Source: a virus
Virus record (IMG/VR): IMGVR_UViG_3300047157_000171
Reading direction: 5' to 3' (one strand)
Length of the DNA: 64,000 bases
Below the pieces are notes generated by a model. The model was not told where the DNA came from, did not search any database, and saw only the letters and a program-made list of their open reading frames with translations. The translations under genes and the position numbers were made by a program. This document shows, piece after piece, positions 18,410 through 29,086 of this stretch (position 1 is its first letter; each line of letters opens with the position of its first letter).

Positions 18410-19519
18410 TTAAATTGCGTTGAATGGTCCTTGGAATGGTCTGTAAGAAAGAGTCTTATTAAGGTTTTCCGCCTCACTTGCTCTTCTTTCTAACATCTTA
18501 TCAGGACGTAATCTTTCTAATCTTGCTTGTAGTTCTTCGATTAGTTTCATTTTTTCGTCTTTACCTTCAGTAAGTAATGAATCGTATTCTAAACTTAATT
18601 CCGAATCAGGAACTTTTAAGTTTCCACCAAACTTACCTCTAACACGACCCAAAGCTTCTTTACACGTCGCGATAAAGTATTTTCTTACCCAGTTTTGACC
18701 AGGTTTATTTAATGTCTCCCATGTCATATCTTCTGTTTCAACATCAGAAGGTAATTTAATAACGTCAGGATTATCTTTCATACATGCCTTTCTATCTTCA
18801 GTGTCGTAATACCAATACCATACTTTTGATTGGTTTAGTGATTTTGAACCAAAATCAAACCTACCACCTGGTACGTTCAATAAATGAATGAATTTACCAC
18901 CATCAGGTGCTGCGGTAACTCTATATGTTAAATCACCACCGATAATTCTATTTTTTAAGTTACGGTCCTGCATCCTTAGTAGAATGTCAAAGGCTGGCAT
19001 CATAAAGTATGACCCCATAATACCCATTTGTGCGAATCCACCACCACCTCCGATACCTGTACCACCAAAACCACCAAAACCACCCATAAAAGGGTCGATA
19101 AGTGACTCATTAAGTTCAGCACGGTTAAACCAAAGTAGTTCGTTTAATTCACGTCCTTTTGGTATGTGATACATTTGTTGACCTTCCTCTAATTGGATAA
19201 AGTCTTTTTGTAATACCCAATCACCGCCTGTCTGTAAACCAACAATCTTTGAGTATGCGTATGTATATTGTGTTTCGTAATCCATACTTCGAGTTGTAAA
19301 TGCTCTCGACAATGATTGTTCGTCAACATTTAATCCGTTTAACGAGGTCCATTGTGATTCAATCAACCAATCCTGTATGAATTGTTCATATTCACCTAAA
19401 GAAATTTCCAACAAAGAATCCATTTGGTCGTCATCTAATTCGATTGAACGAATAGGTGCTCCCAACAAGTGCATTGTTTGTTTGTATAATTTACCTTTAT
19501 TTTTTGAGTTTATAACCAT
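18410..19519 (-). CDS. neck / head-tail adaptor protein (T4 gp13-like)
   Basis: N-terminus 'LLGAPIRSIELDDDQMD.LLE.SL..Y' resembles gp13 'LGAP.I.I.VDD.Q'; TATTTATA upstream (19532-19539). Confidence 0.7.
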   Translation of the reverse strand: MVINSKNKGKLYKQTMHLLGAPIRSIELDDDQMDSLLEISLGEYEQFIQDWLIESQWTSLNGLNVDEQSLSRAFTTRSMDYETQYTYAYSKIVGLQTGGDWVLQKDFIQLEEGQQMYHIPKGRELNELLWFNRAELNESLIDPFMGGFGGFGGTGIGGGGGFAQMGIMGSYFMMPAFDILLRMQDRNLKNRIIGGDLTYRVTAAPDGGKFIHLLNVPGGRFDFGSKSLNQSKVWYWYYDTEDRKACMKDNPDVIKLPSDVETEDMTWETLNKPGQNWVRKYFIATCKEALGRVRGKFGGNLKVPDSELSLEYDSLLTEGKDEKMKLIEELQARLERLRPDKMLERRASEAENLNKTLSYRPFQGPFNAI

Positions 19520-19555
19520 TATCTCTTTTATTATAAATATCTTTACTTCGGTTAT

Positions 19556-20800
19556 TTACTTAATCAGTTTAAGTAAGTTTCTAATGATATTAATATCTTC
19601 ATTCAGTTCTGTCACACCTGTTTGGAAAGCGATACCACCATCGCGTACGACATATTTACCATTTTCAGGAAAACACAGATTCGAAAGTGCGACGATATAC
19701 GACCCATCTTTAGGGTGTTTTCCGAAAACAATATAATCGGTTGTATATCTTTTAGCCTGTCCCACACCATGTATGATTGTTGAATTATTATCTAATGTAA
19801 CACCAGTAAAAGGTTTTATTTGTATTGTGTGTGTAATTTCTTCAGGTACGGTTTCATATGTGATAGCGTCTACCCCATCAACCATATCTTCTCCAACACC
19901 TGAACCACCTAATTTTTTAATGTTTAATCCGTTGAATAGAGGGCAATTTGTTAATAACTCAACAGTTTCTTCTTCTGTCTTATCACCTTTAGCGGATGTT
20001 ACACCGATTATTCTCTCAACTATTGATTTATATAGTTCACCGTCTTCTGATAGAATTGATAAGAGATTACTTCTATAAAATTGTTTAAGTTCGTAATATA
20101 TCCCACTTGTTGGTCTCCACAAATCAACACCCATTTCCTCAATAAGTTTAGCCATAACGATGTAGTTGGTGTTTATTCTATTTAAGGTATGATGCCACTC
20201 ACCATCTTTGGTCCACACTCCTTTTTTGTATCTACCGTTGTCGTCTTTCTCTCCGTACCACCTTTTTTTAGGTGAATAAACATACTCTAAGGCTTTATTT
20301 AAAAAGACTCTCCAATCACTGTTATAACCCTTTCCGTAAGTACTCATAATATCACGAGCAATATCAACTGATTTTCTCTCAGGACTTCTTAAAATTGCCG
20401 GTTTGATATAATTGATATAATAAAAACCCTCCTCTAAAAATAATGACTTATACTCACGCCTAATTAAATTTTTAACTTCAACTAATAATAAACCAGCATC
20501 TTTATTTAAATCGGCTGAGGATAAATCTAATAACACAGACATTACTTTGTGGTCAGTATTTATTCTATTTAGTATTTGATGCCATTCACCATTAGAGTCT
20601 AAAACCCCCGTGGGTGTGTCGGCACCACTTGATTCTTGCCATCTATCTAATGGTTCGTATATGTGTTTTAAAACTTTGTTTATAAACACCCTCCATTCTG
20701 ATTTAGGCCCATTACCGTATTGTGTTACTATATCCTTAGATTTTACTAACGATTTCTTAACATCGTATTTTTCCATTATAAGCATGCTTAAATTTTTCAT
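19556..20800 (-). CDS. PD-(D/E)XK-like nuclease with duplicated N-terminal domain
   Basis: Two repeats with a 127-aa period (WRVF.NK.L...Y.P..RW...G.W...GEWH..LNRINT); C-terminal 'E....DMVDGVD....IQIKP'. Confidence 0.55.
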   Translation of the reverse strand: MKNLSMLIMEKYDVKKSLVKSKDIVTQYGNGPKSEWRVFINKVLKHIYEPLDRWQESSGADTPTGVLDSNGEWHQILNRINTDHKVMSVLLDLSSADLNKDAGLLLVEVKNLIRREYKSLFLEEGFYYINYIKPAILRSPERKSVDIARDIMSTYGKGYNSDWRVFLNKALEYVYSPKKRWYGEKDDNGRYKKGVWTKDGEWHHTLNRINTNYIVMAKLIEEMGVDLWRPTSGIYYELKQFYRSNLLSILSEDGELYKSIVERIIGVTSAKGDKTEEETVELLTNCPLFNGLNIKKLGGSGVGEDMVDGVDAITYETVPEEITHTIQIKPFTGVTLDNNSTIIHGVGQAKRYTTDYIVFGKHPKDGSYIVALSNLCFPENGKYVVRDGGIAFQTGVTELNEDINIIRNLLKLIK

Positions 20801-20866
20801 ATTATCCTTTTTATATAAATACCGTAAAAATATTAAACCCCATATTTCAAATCATATTAAAATAAG

Positions 20867-20898
20867 TTTGTAGTAATAGAATATTTTACTTATCTTTG
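20867..20898 (+). promoter_or_regulatory. Bacteroidota housekeeping-sigma promoter
   Basis: TTTG (20867-20870), N20, TATCTTTG (20891-20898), in a divergent intergenic gap upstream of 20935. Confidence 0.75.
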
Positions 20899-20934
20899 TA
20901 GTATAATAATAAGAACCATAAAAAAATAAATAAT

Positions 20935-21699
20935 ATGTCTACAGTTTACTCTTTCATCAGCGAATACAACGGAAACAATTCTTTCTTAAACTCTTTAAAG
21001 ACGGGATACGCAAAGTATGGCCGATTAACACCATCACAGTTGTCAGCGGCGGACAGAGTAATCACAAACATTCGTGAAAAAGTTAAATCAATGGCACCAA
21101 TCGAAGTTCGTAAGAATATCGAGCAAATTATGGATTACAAAGGGGATAATAAGTTCGTATTAGACCTTAAAGCTAAGTACGAAAAATACGGGAAACTAAC
21201 CGAGAAACAAATCGACGCAGGTTTGAAAGTTGTAAACCGTAAGGTTCAGAACAAAATGGCAAAACCTTTACGTTTACCTAAGACTGAAACAATTGTAGTT
21301 GGTCAAAGAACGGGTCGTAGTATCAAAGAAGAGAAGGGATTAGATTTCTTACCAATCCAAATTGATGTATCTCACATAATCGGTGTTTCTCGTAAAGCGG
21401 TTCATTTGAGAGGGAAACTATCTACTGTTGTTGGTTCTGTATGTCGTTGTTGTGGTAGAAAATTAACTGATGAGTTGTCAAAACTTACAGGTATGGGTAG
21501 AACATGTGCCAAAAACACCAATGTACCATACGTTAAAAACACGGACGACCTTGAGCGTTTTATGGAAGACTTAAAGGTTCGTGTAGATGAAATTGGAGAA
21601 TTTGATTTTTGGATTCCTAAATCACAAATTATCGAGTGGAAAGGAATTTACAAAGCAATGGCAAAAACAAGTTTCAGAACTTATGTGGTTACTTCTTAA
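20935..21699 (+). CDS. DUF6011 zinc-finger protein homologous to the SNF2 helicase N-terminal domain
   Basis: CRCCGRKLTD..S...GMG..C (DUF6011-like); two 57-aa-period repeats (Y.G.N.F...LK..Y.KYG.LT..Q); WIPKSQII near the C-terminus. Confidence 0.7.
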   Translation: MSTVYSFISEYNGNNSFLNSLKTGYAKYGRLTPSQLSAADRVITNIREKVKSMAPIEVRKNIEQIMDYKGDNKFVLDLKAKYEKYGKLTEKQIDAGLKVVNRKVQNKMAKPLRLPKTETIVVGQRTGRSIKEEKGLDFLPIQIDVSHIIGVSRKAVHLRGKLSTVVGSVCRCCGRKLTDELSKLTGMGRTCAKNTNVPYVKNTDDLERFMEDLKVRVDEIGEFDFWIPKSQIIEWKGIYKAMAKTSFRTYVVTS

Positions 21700-22297
21700 G
21701 TTTAATGATAATCTCGTCCCCTTTTCTTTTAATACTAAAGGAATCGGGGGATAGGTTTTTGTAGTAGTCTTCATACATTGAAAACTCATCTGTTGTTTTA
21801 CTATTTTTAGATTCTTTTAGAGGTGTAATCACTTTTTCGCTCATCTCCTGAATCTCCACTTCGCTGACATCGTAACTTCTAACATCCCTCTCTATCAACT
21901 CTAATTCGTTCCACTCTGAATCTTCAAGAATTCTTTTTTCTATGTCCTCTTTGGAATAACCTTCAAGGGTACCTTCATAATAATCTGTGCCATACCCACT
22001 CCACATAACTTCAGCTCCTACCTCAAATCGTTTAAGTTTTGGTTCTTTAATGAAATTTTCGTCATTTACGTTTAACGTTGGGGATAATTGAAAGCTAGCA
22101 ATCGCTTTGTTAACTAATCCTTCCTCTTGCCATTGAAACCCAAACTGTCTTGCGTATTTTCTAATCGATGATACTATTTTCTCGGGGTCATCACTAAAAT
22201 TATGATATTTAGATGATAACACTCTAGAAACAAAAACAAGAAATTGGTCATATTTAACCTCTGTTATTTCTTCCGTAATACGTTTTCTTAAATTCAT
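21689..22297 (-). CDS. hypothetical protein
   Basis: 202-aa ORF with TATTTATT upstream (22316-22323); leader MNLRKRITEEITE. Confidence 0.7.
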   Translation of the reverse strand: MNLRKRITEEITEVKYDQFLVFVSRVLSSKYHNFSDDPEKIVSSIRKYARQFGFQWQEEGLVNKAIASFQLSPTLNVNDENFIKEPKLKRFEVGAEVMWSGYGTDYYEGTLEGYSKEDIEKRILEDSEWNELELIERDVRSYDVSEVEIQEMSEKVITPLKESKNSKTTDEFSMYEDYYKNLSPDSFSIKRKGDEIIIKLKK

Positions 22298-22327
22298 TAG
22301 TGTGTGTTGTAAAATAATAAATAGTCA

Positions 22328-24076
22328 TTAACCCTCTTTGAGAGCCGAAAGTAGGTCTTCCATAACCGAATTACCCATATTATCTTCGTTATCTCCCATA
22401 ACAGTGTCTATAACATTTTTCTTTCTTTGTAAAATATCATAGATAATCATTTCTATTGTGTTTTCAAACACTGGATAAAATACAGATACGTTTGATTGTT
22501 GACCATAACGATACGCTCGGTCCTCTGCTTGTGAATGGTCTGAAGGTACAAAAGATAAATCGTTAAAGATTACGACCTCACCTGCGGTTAGGGTAATACC
22601 CACACCAGCGGCCTTAATGTTTCCAACAAAAACCTGTATTTTGTCGTCAGTCTGAAACCTATCAACAGACTCTTGTCGTTTTGCTTTACTCATTTTACCG
22701 TTTAAGGTTACAGAACGTTTGTTGTATTTCCACGCAATCTCTTCTAATGTTGCGGTAAAACTTGTAAACACAATGACTTTTTTACCTTGTTCGATGGCAC
22801 TGTCAATTAATTCGTATGTTGACTTTAGTTTGGCCTCTGCAATTATTTGTCTAGCGACCATTAACTTAGATAATTTAACCGCCAATGTTTTTTTAGTGTT
22901 ATCGTTGTTTGCCCATTCAACATATTCACCAATCTCTTTTTCATATTCTTTAGATTTTAAATTAAGATAAACAGGGGTTATAATCTTATCGGGTAAATCT
23001 AAGATGTCTTCTTTTAGTCTTCTAAGTACTTGAGGTTTTGTTCTATCTCTTAATTCCTCTAAATTAGATGCTCCGTTAACATTCCACACTTTTCTATTAC
23101 CGGCTTGGAATTGGTAACCATCACAATATCTCTTAACATAACCCGCCCAATTAATAGTTAAGGGAGAGTCTACAATATGTAATAAGTTAAAGTAGTTGAT
23201 TGGTCTTGATGTCATTGGTGTTCCTGTGAGTAACCATACACGACCAACTTGTCTAACCATATGGTTTACTAATTGTGTTCTTTTAGCTTGTTTGTTTTGT
23301 ATATAATGGGCTTCATCAATTAAAACCAAATCAAACCCTTCATCTAATATTTTAGATTTAAACTCGTCATCGTTCTTTTTTGGTATTTCATGGAAGTTTT
23401 TTAATATGTCATAATTGATAATAACAAACTTACCATCATCCCATTTTTTACCTTCAACTATGGCGACATTTTCATCGGTATAGTTTTTAATTTCTCGTTT
23501 CCAATTTAATTTAAGTGATGCGGGACAAATAACCAATATTTTATTTGCACCACTTTCAACCGCAGCAATGACCGCTGAGGTTGTTTTCCCTAACCCCATA
23601 TCATCGGCTAAAATATATTTATCGTTTCCTAACAATTTTACAATAGCCTCTTTTTGGTGGTCCATTGGAGGTCTATGGTTATATGGTTCCCAATCAACCT
23701 CAACTTTTCGTTCGTTGTATGTGATAATATGAGATTTAGGAATCCACATACATTCTAAGGCGGCTTTATCTAATATTTTACCATAGATGTGAAACGCCTT
23801 TTCTGTTTGTGTTAGTAATTTCTCGATATATATTTTTTTGATTGGTTGTGGTAATAGTCTTTCTTCTCTTAACTTATCACCAAAGTAAGAGTCCAACTCA
23901 ACCCACTTTCTCGCAACTTTAGGAGTATTTTCGTGGTTTTTAATTATGTACTCAGCCTGTGAACGAGACGGTTTATATCCCTTAGTAAAGAAAAGTTTTT
24001 CCTTACACCCTAGAATATAGTTATTTCCTCCTTCATATTTTTTTAATATTTCTATTGCTTTCTGTTCTGGAATCAT
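22328..24076 (-). CDS. SNF2-family (SMARCAL1/HARP-like) helicase
   Basis: LADDMGLGKT, DEAH, LTGTP, 'RRLKEDI.DLP', 'AAGVGITLT', 'QAEDRAYRYGQ'. Confidence 0.92.
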   Translation of the reverse strand: MIPEQKAIEILKKYEGGNNYILGCKEKLFFTKGYKPSRSQAEYIIKNHENTPKVARKWVELDSYFGDKLREERLLPQPIKKIYIEKLLTQTEKAFHIYGKILDKAALECMWIPKSHIITYNERKVEVDWEPYNHRPPMDHQKEAIVKLLGNDKYILADDMGLGKTTSAVIAAVESGANKILVICPASLKLNWKREIKNYTDENVAIVEGKKWDDGKFVIINYDILKNFHEIPKKNDDEFKSKILDEGFDLVLIDEAHYIQNKQAKRTQLVNHMVRQVGRVWLLTGTPMTSRPINYFNLLHIVDSPLTINWAGYVKRYCDGYQFQAGNRKVWNVNGASNLEELRDRTKPQVLRRLKEDILDLPDKIITPVYLNLKSKEYEKEIGEYVEWANNDNTKKTLAVKLSKLMVARQIIAEAKLKSTYELIDSAIEQGKKVIVFTSFTATLEEIAWKYNKRSVTLNGKMSKAKRQESVDRFQTDDKIQVFVGNIKAAGVGITLTAGEVVIFNDLSFVPSDHSQAEDRAYRYGQQSNVSVFYPVFENTIEMIIYDILQRKKNVIDTVMGDNEDNMGNSVMEDLLSALKEG

Positions 24077-24138
24077 AATTGCGCATTATACTAAATAATA
24101 AACATTAAACTAAACTTAATCAAGAGATATTTATTAGT

Positions 24139-24651
24139 ATGGGTAAAAAGAAACAACCGATTAATAGATTAAACAAGTTTTTTTCGTATGACGACTTTGA
24201 CTTAGATTTATCTATGGGTGAGGAATGGTTACACGGAGACATAAACTTTGATTTGGTTTTATTTAGAGTTGATAGGTCTAAAACTGTTGATGACGTATAT
24301 GGTGAATCGGGTAAAGGGGAGATTAAGTTCTTACCACCGACCGAATTTAAAGGGATGGTTCTTATTGGTGCACCTGACAACAAAACATATTCAAATGGAT
24401 TGGGTAGGTATTTAGAGCCTGGTAATATGACCATATCGGTCTATAAACACCATTTAGAAGAGAAGGGTATTGATGTGTCCTATGGGGATTACATCGGATT
24501 CTATGAGTCAGAGACAAGAGTAAGATATTATGAGGTTGCCAATGACGGTAAAGTGGTTTCAGATAATAAACATACAATCGGAGGATTCAAATCTTTTTAC
24601 AGAACATTACTTTGTACACCTGTAAGTGGTGACCAATTTAAAGGAGTATAA
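24139..24651 (+). CDS. head-closure / neck protein (T4 gp14-like)
   Basis: Position before the terminator and sheath genes, beta-rich 'VSYGDYI.F....RYYEV' pattern, late motif at 24128-24135. Confidence 0.5.
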   Translation: MGKKKQPINRLNKFFSYDDFDLDLSMGEEWLHGDINFDLVLFRVDRSKTVDDVYGESGKGEIKFLPPTEFKGMVLIGAPDNKTYSNGLGRYLEPGNMTISVYKHHLEEKGIDVSYGDYIGFYESETRVRYYEVANDGKVVSDNKHTIGGFKSFYRTLLCTPVSGDQFKGV

Positions 24652-24652
24652 T

Positions 24653-25924
24653 ATGGGGTTACCTAAGAAATATAAAAACGATATAAACGTATATTCTAAT
24701 AAGGAATTATTAGAAAGAAGGCGTGAACTTCTTGAAGAGATTACAAATCAAGACACTAACCTTCCTGAGTCTATTTTACACGAAGACTTAGATTTTGGTA
24801 TGTTGGAGTTTGTTAAGAACAATTTATTATTTCAAACGGGTGACGGTAATACTATTAATTTTATTGAAAGAATTTTAACAATACAAAGATGGGCAGAGAT
24901 GTCGAACACATTTCCTTTTACAGACGAAGATGGTAATATCGAGTTACCTTTTGTTGTTGTAATTAGAAAACCAGAAGTTCCTTTTGGAACCAACCCATCA
25001 CTACAATATACAATACCTGATAGACAATCGTTTTTTTATAGGAGAATACCAACATGGAATGGAAACAGAATCGGTGCTGATATCTATAAGATACCACAAC
25101 CAATACCTGTTGATATGTCTTTTGACATTGTTGTTGTTTGTAATAGAATGAGAGAACTTAACAGGTTTAATAAAAAAATAATGCAGAAGTTCTCATCGAG
25201 ACAATCCTATACTAATGTTAAGGGACATTACATTCCTTTAGTGTTAGAGGGTATTTCTGACCAATCACAAATTGATTCATTAGAGGGTAGAAGATACTAC
25301 CAACAATCATATACAATACAATTACAGGGATTTTTAATTGATGACGAAGAGTTTGAGGTAACACCAGCTATTGATAGAACACTTATAATGACGGAACTAA
25401 TTGCGGATGTTAAAGGACCTTCTTCGGGTGTTATGACAAAAGTAATTAAAAATAATGTTGAAGTTACTACAGAAAAGTTTTTAAGTGATGGTGTCACAAC
25501 GACATATAAAACACAAAAGAAAATAAACAATCTGTTCTATGTGGAATTAAATGGTTTAGTGTTGGTTAAAGATGTTGATTATTTACACAACGGCAATAGT
25601 TCTAATATTATATTTACTACCCCACCACCATTAGACAGTGTGTTGAGGATTGTTTATACCTTTGATAATACTATGAGTTCTATGGAGGGGAGTGTTTTAA
25701 ATCTTAAAAAAGAGACAATTGAATTTGTTGATGGACAGATGACATACCCATTAGAATTTCCAATATACGATATGATACTATTAGATGTTGGTGGTTTATT
25801 ACAAATTGAATCTGACTATTATACGTTTAGTAAAGGTCAGTTTAGTATCACGGTCAATGAACTTCCACCTGTGACAACACCTACAACCAAAATGAGTTTG
25901 GTTTATCTAACTTCGGAGTTATAA
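24653..25924 (+). CDS. tail terminator/completion protein (gp15-like) with two C-terminal small beta domains
   Basis: Likely start MGLPKKY at 24653; 'PIPVDMSFDI..V...MRELN.F'; C-terminal 'F..DG...Y....V.LNG....DY.....I.F..PP' repeated in degenerate form. Confidence 0.55.
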   Translation: MGLPKKYKNDINVYSNKELLERRRELLEEITNQDTNLPESILHEDLDFGMLEFVKNNLLFQTGDGNTINFIERILTIQRWAEMSNTFPFTDEDGNIELPFVVVIRKPEVPFGTNPSLQYTIPDRQSFFYRRIPTWNGNRIGADIYKIPQPIPVDMSFDIVVVCNRMRELNRFNKKIMQKFSSRQSYTNVKGHYIPLVLEGISDQSQIDSLEGRRYYQQSYTIQLQGFLIDDEEFEVTPAIDRTLIMTELIADVKGPSSGVMTKVIKNNVEVTTEKFLSDGVTTTYKTQKKINNLFYVELNGLVLVKDVDYLHNGNSSNIIFTTPPPLDSVLRIVYTFDNTMSSMEGSVLNLKKETIEFVDGQMTYPLEFPIYDMILLDVGGLLQIESDYYTFSKGQFSITVNELPPVTTPTTKMSLVYLTSEL

Positions 25925-25935
25925 TAATTACGACA

Positions 25936-26097
25936 TTATATTTCGTCTCCGTAGATATCTCTTTTCACTTTACAATTGTCCTCAATTAGTTTTTCTACGA
26001 AGTTAAACATCTTAAGACCCCCTTTATTACAGTGGTCTTTTAGTAGTTTATGGTGGTATTCCGAGATTTTTAAGTTTTTAACCCTTTTGTCGTTCAT
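25936..26097 (-). CDS. small ribbon-helix-helix-like DNA-binding protein; absent from ORF track
   Basis: Hand translation MNDKRVKNLKISEYHHKLLKDHCNKGGLKMFNFVEKLIEDNCKVKRDIYGDEI (53 aa); strand-helix-helix pattern; divergent from the sheath gene. Confidence 0.55.
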   Translation of the reverse strand: MNDKRVKNLKISEYHHKLLKDHCNKGGLKMFNFVEKLIEDNCKVKRDIYGDEI

Positions 26098-26183
26098 TAT
26101 CTGTAGTATGAAAAAAGTATGAATATAATCATACTCTTAATAAATATTCGGTTTAATAAAAAGTCTTTTATAAAAATACTGAA

Positions 26184-26191
26184 TATTTATA
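26184..26191 (+). promoter_or_regulatory. putative late promoter TATTTATA (sheath)
   Basis: Same motif found upstream of tube, tape measure, gp25 and neck genes. Confidence 0.65.
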
Positions 26192-26232
26192 GTAGTAAAG
26201 AAATAAATTACAATTAAAAAAATATTCAAATA

Positions 26233-29041
26233 ATGGCAAATTCTAACAGAGTTTTCGTCTCACCAGGAGTATTCACATCAGAAAAAGACTTGAGTTTTGT
26301 TTCTCAAAGCGTTGGTGTATCTACTTTAGGTTTAGTAGGTGAAACAAAAAAAGGTCCCGCATTTGAACCAGTATTGGTTTCGGGTTATAATGGATTCAGA
26401 ACAATGTTCGGTGGTTCTTCACCTGAAAAGATGGGTGAAACATTAAAATACCCACTTCCGTATTATGCAAAATCATACCTATCTCAATCATCACAATTAT
26501 TTGTGACAAGAGTATTGGGTTATTCAGGTTATGATGCAGGTTCGGCACATTCGATAAAAACTATCGCTGGTGTTAATACAACAACAATAGGACAATCAAA
26601 TTCACTTAAAGCGGATTTTGTTATTGAACTTAATAGTGGTTCTTTAGATATCGCTGGTTTAGGTCAATTAGAAACAGATTATCTTAATACTGAATTTGAA
26701 TCAAATGCAGGTGTTACTACAAGTTTCTTAGATTTCGTAAACTTAAACCTATCAGAAGATAAGGTAATGGTTATGGGTCCATATTATAATACATTCGATT
26801 GGAACGCTATTGGTGTTGATGATACGGATAAAGTTGTTTATCCAATGTCAGACTCTAAATGGGCAGACCAAATAGAATTTACAGGAACAAATGAAAGCGG
26901 ATTAGCGTTTTACGCAAGTAAATTCGACGACGCGGGGGTTATTAAAGTACAGATTGTGGTTATGGAATTAGATGTCGTAAGATTTTCAGAGTTTCATAAT
27001 AAGACAATTGCTATATTACGTTCAAGAGCGGAATATACAGGTGACGATTTAAACTTCAAATTAAACAGTAATATTACGATTACTAGTGATGTGGTAAACG
27101 ACAATGCTTTAGCTGACTTTGATTTATCATTCACATCAGCGGCAGGAGTACACAGTTTTACGTGTAACTTATCACCATCATCTAAGAAATTTATAACTAA
27201 AGTGATTGGTGAATCAGCGTTTGATAAAAACCCTGATGATTATCCTGTTTATGTTGATAAGGTTTATGACAATTATTTAAATTGGTTAATCGCAACAGGA
27301 AAAATTAAAGGATTATATACAGGAACTTTAGATAGTGTAAATGAGGGTGGAGACTTTAAGTCGAAATATACATCATCATATACTCCATATGTTGTTTCTG
27401 AAGTAAGAGGTGGTTTTGTGTCTAACTTATTTAGATTCGCAACGATTTCAGACGGAGACGCATCAGCAAGAGAGGTTAAGATTTCTTTTGTAAACATTTC
27501 AATTGAAAAACAAGAGTTCGATATCATTGTTAGAGATTTCTTCGATACGGATGCAAGTCCAATCGTTTTAGAAAAATTCTCAAGATGTTCTATGAATCCA
27601 GACGTACCAGGTTACGTAGCGAGAAAAGTAGGTACATCTGATGGTGAGTACGAATTAAAATCAAGTTATATTATATTAGAATTATCTGATGACGCACCGA
27701 TAGACGCGGGTACCATCAGGATTTAGAGGTTACGAGGTTAAAGATTATAACTTCGCTTCATCTTCTAACGCAAGTATTAACTATAAAAACGAATACTACA
27801 CTGCAGGACAGGTTATCGGTATAGATAATGATGGTAATGATATTGTGGTAAATTCAGATAAAGTAAGAAAAACATATTTAGGTGTTTCTAACACAGTTGG
27901 TTTTGACCCGTCATTCTTTGAATTTTCAGGTGATTATCAAGGTGTTGAATTACTTAAAGGTTTCCACCTTTCATCACAAGCTAACGGAGTTGAGTTTGTT
28001 AAAACTAATGAAAACTTTGAGTTATCAGAAGGAAACTTTGAAAAGTTAGTTGGTTGTAAATTCACAATAGCACCTGTGGGTGGTTTTGACGGATTTGATA
28101 TCTTTAGAAAAGAAAGAACTAACGGTGACCAATATATAAAAGGTAAATCACCATATGCGAACGCAGGGTTTGACCCTTACGTTGGTAACTCTGATTACTA
28201 TGCGTTCTTAGACGGTATTAGAACATACGCTAACCCTGAAGCAGTAGATATTAACTTATTCTCAACACCAGGTCTTAACTTCTTTGACAATTCATCTTTA
28301 GTTGGTGAAGCAATCGACATGATTGAAGAAGAAAGAGCTGATTCATTATACGTAATTGATTCACCAAACAGGTCATCAGTAGATGAGATTGTAGGTGACA
28401 TTGAAGACATAGGTTTTGATTCTAACTACTCAGCAACATATTGGCCTTGGATTCAGGTGAGAGACACTGAAAATTCAGTTCAGGTATACGTGGCACCAAC
28501 AGGTGAGGTATTAAAGAACATCGCGTTAACAGACAACGTGGCATATCCATGGTTCGCATCAGCGGGTTACACAAGAGGTTTAGTAAATGCAATCAAAGCG
28601 AAAAAGAAATTAACATTAGATGAAAGAGATGAATTATATGTTAATAGAATTAACCCAATAGCAACATTCTCAGACGTAGGTACGATTATCTTCGGTAACA
28701 AAACATTACAAGTTAGAGAATCGGCATTAGACAGAATCAACGTAAGAAGATTATTACTACAAGCAAGAAAACTTATTTCAAACGTGGCGGTAAGATTATT
28801 ATTCGAACAGAATGATGAAGTTGTAAGAAACGAATTCTTAAGTTTAGTTAATCCAATTTTAGAAAACATAAAAAGAGAAAGAGGTTTAACAGAATTTAAA
28901 GTTGTATTGTCATCTTCACCAGAAGATATGGATAGAAATCAGTTATCGGGTAAGATATACATTAAACCAACAAGAGCTCTTGAATTCATTGATATTGAAT
29001 TCTTAGTAACACCAACAGGAGCATCTTTTGAAAATATTTAA
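26233..29041 (+). CDS. tail sheath protein (gp18-like), about 935 aa, split by one extra G at 27708-27710
   Basis: SPGVFTSEKD N-terminus; C-terminal 'PWFASAGYTRG', 'INPI..F...G..IFGNKTLQ..ESALDRINVRRLL', 'IYIKPTRALEFI.IEF'. Removing one G joins both ORFs (…DAVPSGFRGYEVKDY…). Confidence 0.9.
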
Positions 29042-29051
29042 AAAATTATAG

Positions 29052-29075
29052 AGGGGAGGGTTTCCTCCCCTTTGT
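29052..29075 (+). terminator. hairpin/terminator after the sheath gene
   Basis: AGGGGAGG-gttt-CCTCCCCT followed by a short T-run. Confidence 0.6.
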
Positions 29076-29086
29076 ATGTATAATAT

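Noticed and set aside
27700-27850. Split tail sheath suggesting a programmed frameshift or pseudogene
   Set aside because: A single extra G in GGG restores a continuous essential protein; the same kind of homopolymer indel recurs across the window, pointing to long-read consensus error.
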